DNA of 64,000 nucleotides from an uncultured Candidatus Saccharibacteria bacterium (GTDB lineage Bacteria; Patescibacteriota; Saccharimonadia; Saccharimonadales; UBA4665): NCBI GenBank assembly GCA_964503715.1, contig CAZDAD010000002.1, positions 5,639 to 69,638 of the forward strand, read 5' to 3'. Shown piece by piece: positions 56,130 to 64,000 of this stretch (position 1 is its first letter; each line of letters starts with the position of its first letter). The notes under the pieces were generated by a model. It saw only the letters and a program-made list of their open reading frames with translations, ran no database searches and was not told where the DNA came from. The position numbers and the translations under genes were made by a program.

Positions 56130-56690
56130 TTACCAACCACAGCTGACAAGGACATGGTCAAGCTGTCCAATCATTTCTTCGGGGGTAGTATCATTGGTAA
56201 TGGTGTAGTCAGCATTAGCGATTGGGCCACCTTTTTCGATGTTTTCGATTTCGGCGTATTCACGTGCAGTTATCTCTGTTTCATTGAGCGGCCTAATCGG
56301 ACGTTTAGCGATTCGTTCGTGCCTTAGTTGACGGCTGGCAACAACAGCTACTATGAGAACGTTATCGCCATACTTTTCTTTGAATAGTTTGTACTCTGAC
56401 CAACTATATAGACCGTCCGCGATTATTCTCTTTGCGCCTTGGTCAGTTAGGGCGCCGATTTGTTCGATTATTCGAACAGCAACGGCTTGTTTACCTTCCT
56501 TCACCCTGAGATCTTCTCTGACTTCTTTTTCAAGCCTTTCATTAGTTTCTCCAAAGCGTTTTTTTGTTTCTTCTACTACAACTCCACCAAAATAGACATC
56601 AGGATAACCCAAGGATTTAAGGTAATCAACACAAGTGCTTTTTCCTGCGCCAGGCATGCCTACCAAGGCAATTATTTTCATCTCACTCAT
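56130..56690 (-). CDS. P-loop nucleotide/nucleoside kinase-like protein
   Basis: Begins MKIIALVGMPGAGKST (Walker A). Small size and an adenylate/dephospho-CoA-kinase-like layout. Substrate unknown. Confidence 0.6.
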   Translation of the reverse strand: MSEMKIIALVGMPGAGKSTCVDYLKSLGYPDVYFGGVVVEETKKRFGETNERLEKEVREDLRVKEGKQAVAVRIIEQIGALTDQGAKRIIADGLYSWSEYKLFKEKYGDNVLIVAVVASRQLRHERIAKRPIRPLNETEITAREYAEIENIEKGGPIANADYTITNDTTPEEMIGQLDHVLVSCGW

Positions 56691-56708
56691 GGCCTTAGTG
56701 TAACAGAT

Positions 56709-59513
56709 TTACTGATCTGTAGTTACGGTTCTGTGCAGCTCAATCACTGCTGAACGGTGATGCTTGCGGTTGTGTCTTTGGAACTCACGTATTGCTATAA
56801 ATATGCCTGTCGCGCCCAAGGCATATCCCCAGTCGATAAGTGTTAGTGGCATGGTATGGAAATAGCCACCAACAGTTGGGTTGTAGATTATTGTAAGAAC
56901 ACATGTCAGTGATAGGGCAATAGCCAGCCAAAACTGTTTGTTGTGCAGCTGATACCTGCTAAAGATACCCGCTGAGGTTCTGCGATAAATTATGTTAGCA
57001 AGCTGACAAAGTACTACGGTTAGGTAGGTCAGTGCTGTTGCTTGCATGTGTATCTCTGTTCCGCCAGTTAGGCCTTCTGGATTTATGCCGTTCCTATAGA
57101 AGAATAAGATATAGTTTGCAAAAGCGAAGCCACCCATCAGGATACCGCACCAGATCAAGTCGAGTATAGACCCACGGTTGAGGATATGATCACCAAGTTT
57201 GCGTGGCTTGTCGTGCATTAGCTCGCCATCAGCCTTATCTTTACCTAATGCAGCAATAGGGAAGAGCTCTGCGACCAGGTCGATAGCTAGAATCTGCATG
57301 ACGGTCATAGCCAAAGGTATGTGGAGTATGGTGGCGGCAGCCAAGCTAAGTAGATTAACAATTAGTTCGGCGGCGTTACTCGTAAAGGCGCTCAGAGCTC
57401 CCTTGCGGATATTTTGGAATATGACTCTACCTTCCTGGATGGCTCCTACTAATGTCGTGAAGCTGTCGTCTAGGAGTACTATCTCAGCTGATTGCTTGGC
57501 TACATCAGTGCCCGTGACACCCATTGCTACGCCGATATTGGCATGCTTGAGCGCTGGAGCGTCATTTATGCCATCTCCAGTAACCGCAACAACTTGGTGG
57601 TTATCCTGGAGTAGCTTGACGATTCTCAGCTTGTCTTCCGGTGAAACTCTAGAGAATATAACACTGCCCCTACTGGCAAATGCGAGAACCTGAGTATCAT
57701 TTAGTTTTTGTAGCTCCTCGCCCTGAATGGTGACGATGTCTTCGGGCTTAGCGCCTAGATGTGCACGAGCGGCGATAGCCCTAGCCGTGATGGCATGGTC
57801 ACCTGTTATGATGGCAACTTTAACGTGGGCCGCTCGAGCTGCATCCATAGCATTTGGAACTTGCTCGCGCAGTGGGTCTATCATTGAGACTAGTCCCAAC
57901 CAAACCATTTTGCTTTCGGCGCGGTCCATAGTAATAGACTTGGGATTGGTGTTAGCGGGCAGTATTCGGTAGGCTATACCTAAGTTGCGCATTGCGCTGG
58001 CTGCAAGCTCTTCACTGTGTGCGAGTAAAGAAGCACGGTCTTTATCTGTAATCTTGCGTTCTTTGCCGTTTGTCCATATGCTCGTGCATTTATCTAGAAT
58101 ATCTTCAGGTGAGCCCTTGGCGAACAAATATAAGCGGTCTTTAGGCCCATAGCGACGTATAGAGCTCATACGCTTGCGGCTAGAGTCAAAGGCGAATTCC
58201 TTTAGCTCAGGGTGGAGGTGGTTAAGCTGCTGACTATTTAGGCCAGCTTTTTCGGCCAAAGTGACAATTGCGCCTTCGGTAGGATCACCTACACAGTGCC
58301 ACTCATTGTGCTCGGCATCGGGTGGATTAATCTCGGCGTTACTTGCCAAAAGACCTGCGGCAAAAAAGAGCTCAAGTTCTTTTTGTTCATGTACAGCTAG
58401 GGGGTCATTATTGTGGTTTACAATCATACCTGTTGGTTCGTAGCCCTTGCCCGTTACCCCATATACATTGCTGCCTATCGTGAACTGCTCAACGGTCATC
58501 TGGTTTTTGGTTAAAGTACCAGTTTTGTCTGTGCAGATTATATTTGTCGCACCAAGCGTTTCGACTGATGACAATTTTTTGACTAACGCTTTGGCTTTGG
58601 CTAACTTGCCTGCTGCTTGTGCCAGCGCAGTACTTATTTCTGCTGGCAAGCCCTGGGGTATTATTGAGCTGGCGATGCCAATAGCAAACAAGAATGCATC
58701 TTTAAGGCTCAGACCAGAAGAAGTTGCCAATGGCAACAATACAACACACAGGATGACTGTTCCTTGCGTTACGCGCTTGGCAATATGGCCTACCTCCTTC
58801 TGAAGAGGGCTAGTCTGTAGCTCGATCGTTTGACTGAGGTTGGCGATTCTACCTAGCTCGGTGTGCATACCCGTACTAATAACGACGCCATATCCGTGGC
58901 CTGTAGCCACAGTCGTTCCCATAAAAGCAAGGTTGTGCCGAGCTGGAAGGGCTACATCTCCTTGTATAGCGTGAGTGAACTTGCGGCTCGGACTGCTTTC
59001 GCCAGTAAGGGCAAAATCATTGGTGCTAAGTTCATCTTCTTCAATGAGTCTGAGGTCGGCAGGCACGGCATTGCCTTCTTCTAGGTAAATCATGTCACCA
59101 GGTACGATTTCTGATGTAGGGACGGTTATCTTCAGGCCATCTCTAATAACTGGAGCTTCACTAATAACGAGCTTCTCAAGTGATTCCATAACTTTTTCGG
59201 CCTTGAATTCTTGAAGGTAGCCGACAGTAGTATTGAATAAAATGAGTATTATTAGGACTATAGCCGTCCTGCTGTCGCCTAGCCAGAAAGATAAACCCGC
59301 ACTTACAATCAGTAGGATGACCATAGGGTCTTTGAACTGCCTGAGGTATGCTACTAACCGTGATTCTTTCGGCTTGATTTGAAGAACGTTTGAACCGTAG
59401 CTCGTAAGACGCTCGGCGGCCTCCTTGTGGCTTAGGCCATCTAGGCTAGACCCTAGCTCCTTGAGGCATTCATCGCCATTTTTGCGGTAATAGTGTAGTT
59501 TTTTATCTTCCAT
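56709..59513 (-). CDS. P-type (P2-like) cation-transporting ATPase
   Basis: Cation_ATPase_N-like start (LSHKEAAERLTSYGSNVL), TGES, the DKTGTLT phosphorylation site, TGDH and GDGINDAPAL. About 10 TM helices. Confidence 0.9.
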   Translation of the reverse strand: MEDKKLHYYRKNGDECLKELGSSLDGLSHKEAAERLTSYGSNVLQIKPKESRLVAYLRQFKDPMVILLIVSAGLSFWLGDSRTAIVLIILILFNTTVGYLQEFKAEKVMESLEKLVISEAPVIRDGLKITVPTSEIVPGDMIYLEEGNAVPADLRLIEEDELSTNDFALTGESSPSRKFTHAIQGDVALPARHNLAFMGTTVATGHGYGVVISTGMHTELGRIANLSQTIELQTSPLQKEVGHIAKRVTQGTVILCVVLLPLATSSGLSLKDAFLFAIGIASSIIPQGLPAEISTALAQAAGKLAKAKALVKKLSSVETLGATNIICTDKTGTLTKNQMTVEQFTIGSNVYGVTGKGYEPTGMIVNHNNDPLAVHEQKELELFFAAGLLASNAEINPPDAEHNEWHCVGDPTEGAIVTLAEKAGLNSQQLNHLHPELKEFAFDSSRKRMSSIRRYGPKDRLYLFAKGSPEDILDKCTSIWTNGKERKITDKDRASLLAHSEELAASAMRNLGIAYRILPANTNPKSITMDRAESKMVWLGLVSMIDPLREQVPNAMDAARAAHVKVAIITGDHAITARAIAARAHLGAKPEDIVTIQGEELQKLNDTQVLAFASRGSVIFSRVSPEDKLRIVKLLQDNHQVVAVTGDGINDAPALKHANIGVAMGVTGTDVAKQSAEIVLLDDSFTTLVGAIQEGRVIFQNIRKGALSAFTSNAAELIVNLLSLAAATILHIPLAMTVMQILAIDLVAELFPIAALGKDKADGELMHDKPRKLGDHILNRGSILDLIWCGILMGGFAFANYILFFYRNGINPEGLTGGTEIHMQATALTYLTVVLCQLANIIYRRTSAGIFSRYQLHNKQFWLAIALSLTCVLTIIYNPTVGGYFHTMPLTLIDWGYALGATGIFIAIREFQRHNRKHHRSAVIELHRTVTTDQ

Positions 59514-59537
59514 TCATAAGCATTATACGGCTCAGGC

Positions 59538-59849
59538 CTAACTGTGGTCTAGTTTGTTGTGTCTGTATTCGCTTAAGAATAACCATGCAATAGAAATTAC
59601 AAGGCCTATGGCGAAGAATTTGATAAGGTCAGGCCCTGCGGCTATGCTAACTTTGTTCACACCACCATCGGTATATCGACTCAGTATGCTTAGCGTCAGT
59701 GGGCCAAGATTAATATTTTGGACGGATGCATTCAAATTATTGCCAAAACCGTATGCACTCACAATTAGTAGACAAACCCATATGCCCACACAAACAATCA
59801 TGCCGATGGACAGATGCTTAGCTATTTTATTAGTTCGTGACTGTTTCAT
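59538..59849 (-). CDS. small two-TM membrane protein (candidate immunity/accessory protein)
   Basis: 103-aa ORF that overlaps the upstream permease gene by 20 nt. Confidence 0.45.
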   Translation of the reverse strand: MKQSRTNKIAKHLSIGMIVCVGIWVCLLIVSAYGFGNNLNASVQNINLGPLTLSILSRYTDGGVNKVSIAAGPDLIKFFAIGLVISIAWLFLSEYRHNKLDHS

Positions 59850-61095
59850 CTACTCTCCTCCATATGAAGTTATTTCTGAACTGTTCAATTAATAAACTCA
59901 TGCCGATGGCGATTACTATTAACGCCGCACTGTGTATAGTGGCTGTTAAGTCAAGTCTTTTTGTGCAGTATGTCAGAGCAAGTATTAGGAGGTTTGTCAT
60001 AAATTGGGACGACATGTCCTTTTGGGAGTTGCCAATTGTGACACTAGACAATATGCCAATACTAATAGCCAGCGTAATCTCGATAGCCAAATCTATTGAT
60101 GATAGTGGGAAGACAATTATTACGGGTAGGGCAAGGAATGCACCTATGGATATGCAGCTCAGCGTATAATTAATGAACCAGTATAGTGTACCCTTGAGGC
60201 ATGCTATTTCGGGGGGCTTGCTTACTCGAAATACCGACCTTATGTCAGCCACTGAAGAGCCTATGAACAACGTACAAATGCTAAGTATTGAATTGTCTAG
60301 GACAAGATTATTCTTTTTAGCGAAAAATATAATCGACAGCACTAAGCCTAGGCATACTGTCATACTCATAATTAATGGCTTAAAACGCACGGCAAGTTTT
60401 AGCGGCCAAGGTAATGGACTTATCTTAATCATGAACCTATTAGTTTCTGTTATAGGTAGGCGGGAGGCTACAGATTGCTGTGTAAATAAGGCTCTTGCAA
60501 AAACAATAGTGAATATAAGGTAGATTACTAAGATTACACTTAACTCGCCCATAACTAGAATATGGTTGGCGGTGGTTTTGATACAAACACCAATGGCTAT
60601 TACGCCCACTAGCCTGGCCACGAATGACCGACTCTTGTACATATAATTTGCCGCAATACCTGTCAATAATCCAAGGACGGCTATGACGATAACCTGTAGC
60701 CAATGATGTGCCAGGCTAGACACAATAATTATGGGACCGATAATCGACGCTGCATAAAACAACGCAATTAGTAGGTCGCCAGCAAGGCTCAGTGTCCAGC
60801 GTTGGGCCCGAGATAGCGGCAGGCTCGCTAAGAGCCTTGTAGACTGATTGAGTCTCGTATTGATCTGGATACCTAGCAAAAGACAAAACGCCACAGACAG
60901 ACTAACGGTTGAGTAAATAATCCAATTTAGGTGGGGAAGATTATACAAAACTAATTTGTATCTACCAACGAAAATAAAGCCAGTGATTGATACCACTACT
61001 GCGCTGGAGGCAAGCGCTAAGAGCTTCAGGTAATACCGCTTGCTCCCAATAGCACAGATTAATAGAGCTTTATAGAACCGTAGATAAAGTCTCAT
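59830..61095 (-). CDS. polytopic membrane protein, probable ABC transporter permease partner
   Basis: 421 aa with about 10-12 hydrophobic helices. It overlaps the ABC ATPase gene by 26 nt. Confidence 0.5.
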   Translation of the reverse strand: MRLYLRFYKALLICAIGSKRYYLKLLALASSAVVVSITGFIFVGRYKLVLYNLPHLNWIIYSTVSLSVAFCLLLGIQINTRLNQSTRLLASLPLSRAQRWTLSLAGDLLIALFYAASIIGPIIIVSSLAHHWLQVIVIAVLGLLTGIAANYMYKSRSFVARLVGVIAIGVCIKTTANHILVMGELSVILVIYLIFTIVFARALFTQQSVASRLPITETNRFMIKISPLPWPLKLAVRFKPLIMSMTVCLGLVLSIIFFAKKNNLVLDNSILSICTLFIGSSVADIRSVFRVSKPPEIACLKGTLYWFINYTLSCISIGAFLALPVIIVFPLSSIDLAIEITLAISIGILSSVTIGNSQKDMSSQFMTNLLILALTYCTKRLDLTATIHSAALIVIAIGMSLLIEQFRNNFIWRRVDETVTN

Positions 61096-61792
61096 TCTTG
61101 GCTTTCTGTTTTGCCTTTATACTTCTAGGGTTGTTTACTTGATTTCGAATTGAGCCGTTAGACATAATTGAGATAACGTCAGCATACTTTTGTGCCCATA
61201 CTAAGTCGTGTGTGCTAATCACCACACATGCACCTGCATTACGGGCCTCTAAAATGATTTTGGTCATGGCCTTTACGGCAAATGGGTCCAGGCCGTTGTG
61301 CGGTTCATCCACCAACAGGACTTTAGGCTGATGCATAACACCTGCTACAATTTGAACCTTCTTTTTATTACCATGGCTCAAAGATGAAAGTTGCTGATCA
61401 AGTCTAGTTAAGTCCAGTAATTTACAAAGACGTTTAGAGTTATTGAGAAGGTCGATTTTGTTTCTGCCTGCGCTGGAATAGATTCCTGCTAACAAGCTGA
61501 AATATTCACGTGCGGTCAGGCCGCTGATTAACCAGTTCTCATCATCGGGTATAAAACCGATGTTATGCCTGACATCGTATAAGTTGCTTGAAAGTATTTT
61601 GCCGTTTACTTCAATCGAATTTCTAGTTTCGGCATGGAGTGAGGCTAATGACTCCAGTAGTGTTGTTTTGCCGCTGCCATTGGTACCAACTATGGCAAAT
61701 ATTGTCCTTTCATCCATTTCAAGGTTTGGAATATGTAGTGTAAAACCTTTGTGTCTTGAGTGTTTAAGGTTGGTTATCTTTAGTACTGGCAT
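61070..61792 (-). CDS. ABC transporter ATP-binding protein
   Basis: Walker A GTNGSGKTTLL, signature LSHGNKKKV and Walker B LLVDEPHNGLD. The ATG at 61792 is preceded by AAGGAG at 9 nt; the ORF-track start at 61819 is the alternative. Confidence 0.85.
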   Translation of the reverse strand: MPVLKITNLKHSRHKGFTLHIPNLEMDERTIFAIVGTNGSGKTTLLESLASLHAETRNSIEVNGKILSSNLYDVRHNIGFIPDDENWLISGLTAREYFSLLAGIYSSAGRNKIDLLNNSKRLCKLLDLTRLDQQLSSLSHGNKKKVQIVAGVMHQPKVLLVDEPHNGLDPFAVKAMTKIILEARNAGACVVISTHDLVWAQKYADVISIMSNGSIRNQVNNPRSIKAKQKAKNETLSTVL

Positions 61793-61797
61793 TGGGT

Positions 61798-62622
61798 TTA
61801 ACTCCTTTTGTTTCTCCATATGTAATATCCATCGGCAGTTGTCGGGCTTAGGCTAGCAAGATGAAAAATAGCGATAAGCAAATTCGTCTGGATTATTATT
61901 TGTGGCATGTTAACGCGAATTGATAAAAGTGATACAAGAAGTACGAACATAGCACCCGCCATCGGCCCGCACAAAGCCACCAATCTTTCATGATTACTGC
62001 CTAAGGGTGGGTGTATTAGCCGTATGCTCAAGCGTCCTTGGATGATGTCAACGACCGTGTTTGCTCTAATATGTTTCAGCGCTAGGTAGTGAGACATTTC
62101 GTGCACATACATCGAGAAAAAAGTATTCACTGAGCTGAACACGGCCAGTTGAAAGGATGTTATGAAAGACAAATTTTTGATCTCAGCAACAAGTATCGAA
62201 ACCACAGCGATTGCCATGATAAGCGGCCAAGATGCTCTTATTAGGCTGACCGCCAGCTTTATTGGGCTGAACGATTTCCTTACACTAGCGGCCGCAAACT
62301 TGGAGCTACAATAGATGCGCCATAATTTGTCATTTGGCCTTGGGTGTGTTGGCAATTTGATTATTAGCGCACCAATAATATTTAGGAATCCCAACATGCT
62401 GTACAGATATTTTTCATCAATATCTGCCTGATTCAGATTGGTAATTATACTGCCAATCTTAGTCGGTTTGACCAGCGGGGCGAGGATAAGTCGCCCCGTG
62501 GTTGAAAGTGGGTGTTTAATGCCGAGGCGAACGTCCATAAGGGAGTTCGACTGTAGCTTGAAGGTAGGCGACAGGGATACTTTGTCATCAGGGGCTACAT
62601 ATGGACATTCACGCTCAAACAT
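61798..62622 (-). CDS. membrane-embedded zinc metalloprotease-like protein (HExxH in a TM region; M50/site-2-protease-like)
   Basis: VHEMSHYLALKH lies within a hydrophobic context. A C-terminal ...SLSPTTADGYY resembles the NxxPxxxxDG second motif of S2P-type proteases. Confidence 0.5.
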   Translation of the reverse strand: MFERECPYVAPDDKVSLSPTFKLQSNSLMDVRLGIKHPLSTTGRLILAPLVKPTKIGSIITNLNQADIDEKYLYSMLGFLNIIGALIIKLPTHPRPNDKLWRIYCSSKFAAASVRKSFSPIKLAVSLIRASWPLIMAIAVVSILVAEIKNLSFITSFQLAVFSSVNTFFSMYVHEMSHYLALKHIRANTVVDIIQGRLSIRLIHPPLGSNHERLVALCGPMAGAMFVLLVSLLSIRVNMPQIIIQTNLLIAIFHLASLSPTTADGYYIWRNKRS

Positions 62623-62630
62623 ACTTGTCG

Positions 62631-62828
62631 CTACTTACAAACAATCTCAACTTTTCTGCGAGACCAGTCCATCGCAGTACTTTTAATGTGGCCCCATCCG
62701 CAAATCAAAATTGCTGCCGCAGTTACGCCGCCAACGGCTATTACGAAAGCTAGTGCCACAACGATGGGACCGACGCCCTTCTCACTGTAGGCGCTGGTAT
62801 CAAGCCGTCCTAACACACTTTGTTGCAT
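62631..62828 (-). CDS. 65-aa hydrophobic peptide (candidate bacteriocin-like precursor or protease substrate)
   Basis: MQQSVLGRLDTSAYSEKGVG-PIVVALAFVIAVGGVTAAAILICGWG-HIKSTAMDWSRRKVEIVCK. It is the first gene of the minus-strand block, 8 nt upstream of the protease gene. Confidence 0.4.
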   Translation of the reverse strand: MQQSVLGRLDTSAYSEKGVGPIVVALAFVIAVGGVTAAAILICGWGHIKSTAMDWSRRKVEIVCK

Positions 62829-62983
62829 AGTTATTCCTTTCGCTTAAGTTGGTGACGCGTCAAGAATGGGCCTGGTTGCCTAAGCCGTCAAGCAAAAATA
62901 CCAATAAAACCATGTCAAAAAATCAACACCACATCAATCCGCTTATCTTTGGTGTTTGAGCAGCGGCATATATACTTATAACT

Positions 62984-64000
62984 ATGTCGAAGCGTTTGGT
63001 GATTATAGACGGCAAGTCGGTCTTTTATCGAGGCTACTACGCTATGCCAAATTTGAGCACCAAAGATGGTACTCCCACGGGTGGCGTATATGGCTTTGCC
63101 GTGTTGGCTCTAGAGGTAGTAAAGCGCCTTGATCCTGACTATGTATGTGTCGCATGGGACAAGGCAAAGACCAATATTCGTTCTCGCATTGCGCTATATC
63201 CCCAGTACAAGGCTAACCGTAAAGCGCCACCACCAGATTTTTACGAGCAGATTCCGCTGCTGCGCAATTTGCTAGATGCTTTAGGCTGGCCTCTATATGA
63301 GGCTGACGACTTTGAGGCCGATGATTTGATGGGTGCATTTGCCAGACAAGCAGGTGAGCAGGGTGTGGAGAGCTTTTTGGTTACATCGGACTTGGATGTT
63401 CTACAGCTAGTTAACGAGCACACTCATATATATACACTCAAAAAAGGGCTCAGCTCCATTGAGCTTTTCGACCAGACACATTTTCGTGAAAAATATGGCA
63501 TTGAGCCAACGCAGTGGGTGGATGTTAAAGCACTCAAAGGTGATTCCTCAGACAACGTTCCAGGAGTAGCGGGGGTCGGCGAAAAAACAGCCCTGCAACT
63601 TATTTCTGAATACGGCAGTCTTGAGGGGGTTTATGAGAATGTTGAATTGCTCAAGCCCACCCTCAGAGACAAATTGCTAAAAGATAAAGACATGGCCTAC
63701 CTGAGCAAAACTCTTGTAACACTGATAACTGATGCCCCAATCGAGATTAGCCTCACTGATGCCCAAGTTACTGATGGTGTTTCGGATGAGTTCGTAGCCA
63801 TGCTCAAGAAACTGGAGTTCAGGAGTCTGCTTAGAGAAGTTGAGGCTAGCCGATTACATTCGCCCGATAGCCAACCAACAACTTTGCCTACGGCTAAAGA
63901 AGCCTCTTTTGATATTGGCTTAATCCCTCCAGACAAGTTAAGGCTGCTAGACATTAGCGATGACTCAGGCTCGATAATTGTTAGCACTGAGCACGGTGTT
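62984..64000 (+). CDS. polA: DNA polymerase I, N-terminal 5'-3' exonuclease domain (3' end outside window)
   Basis: An open frame runs from the ATG at 62984 to the window end. It reads MSKRLVIIDGKSVFYRGYYAMP...GTPTGGVYGF, and GDSSDNVPGVAGVGEKTA is the H3TH motif. Confidence 0.9.
   Translation, partial: MSKRLVIIDGKSVFYRGYYAMPNLSTKDGTPTGGVYGFAVLALEVVKRLDPDYVCVAWDKAKTNIRSRIALYPQYKANRKAPPPDFYEQIPLLRNLLDALGWPLYEADDFEADDLMGAFARQAGEQGVESFLVTSDLDVLQLVNEHTHIYTLKKGLSSIELFDQTHFREKYGIEPTQWVDVKALKGDSSDNVPGVAGVGEKTALQLISEYGSLEGVYENVELLKPTLRDKLLKDKDMAYLSKTLVTLITDAPIEISLTDAQVTDGVSDEFVAMLKKLEFRSLLREVEASRLHSPDSQPTTLPTAKEASFDIGLIPPDKLRLLDISDDSGSIIVSTEHGV

Noticed and set aside
57199-57693. 164-aa plus-strand ORF (and 57727..57972, 58261..58803) inside the P-type ATPase gene
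   Set aside because: These are antisense to a frame carrying DKTGTLT and GDGINDAPAL.
1-64000. CRISPR arrays, rRNA genes, IS elements and prophage structural genes
   Set aside because: I saw no regularly spaced direct repeats, no rRNA-like conserved stretches, and no transposase, integrase, capsid or terminase motifs in any frame. The only phage-like motif (lysozyme GNFQQESGF) sits in the T4SS muralytic enzyme.

Overview
This is a gene-dense 64-kb bacterial chromosomal segment. It begins in the replication-origin neighbourhood (dnaN 3' end, recF) and ends inside polA.

Organism (inference only, no search possible): the gene content points to a reduced-genome CPR/Patescibacteria organism of the Saccharibacteria (TM7) type. 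The signs are a Gram-positive-style type IV secretion locus with six tandem pilin-like genes, many short anchored hypothetical proteins with P/Q-rich N-termini, tight or overlapping gene junctions, and few biosynthetic genes.

Housekeeping content:
- Replication, transcription and translation: recF, valS, argS, tsaD, dnaG-rpoD, polA (5' part).
- Chaperones: groES-groEL, hsp20.
- Envelope, transport and sugar metabolism: murE-type ligase, rfbB, tatA-tatC, mscL, P-type ATPase, GH1 beta-glucosidase, PGI/PMI, ureohydrolase.
- Other: orn and an OmpR-type two-component pair.
- Four tRNAs: Ser-TGA, Ser-GCT, Arg-GCG, Ser-CGA.

Accessory or unusual content:
1. About 2.6-16.8 kb: a T4SS-like locus with a muralytic enzyme, a 904-aa membrane protein, VirB4, a VirB4-N-domain-like P/Q-rich protein, a PrgI/VirB3-like protein, a 1004-aa VirB6-like protein and six pilin paralogs.
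2. About 21.0-25.4 kb: a compact YcaO/SagB/SagC-type azole (TOMM) operon. Its only candidate substrate is a streptolysin-S-like poly-Cys core (CSSCCCCCCC...TTISTSS) fused in frame to a four-TM membrane protein. The operon ends with an APH-fold kinase and sits beside a class II Fic gene and a tRNA cluster.
3. About 35.9-39.8 kb: a six-gene overlapping operon containing a duplicated module (about 190-aa protein plus about 315-aa kinase-fold protein).
4. About 59.5-62.8 kb: a 65-aa hydrophobic peptide, a membrane HExxH protease, an ABC ATPase, a permease and a small membrane protein, resembling a bacteriocin/immunity locus.

I saw no rRNA, CRISPR array, transposase or integrase. All family assignments rest on motifs I recognise by eye. 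No alignments, HMM searches or composition statistics were run.
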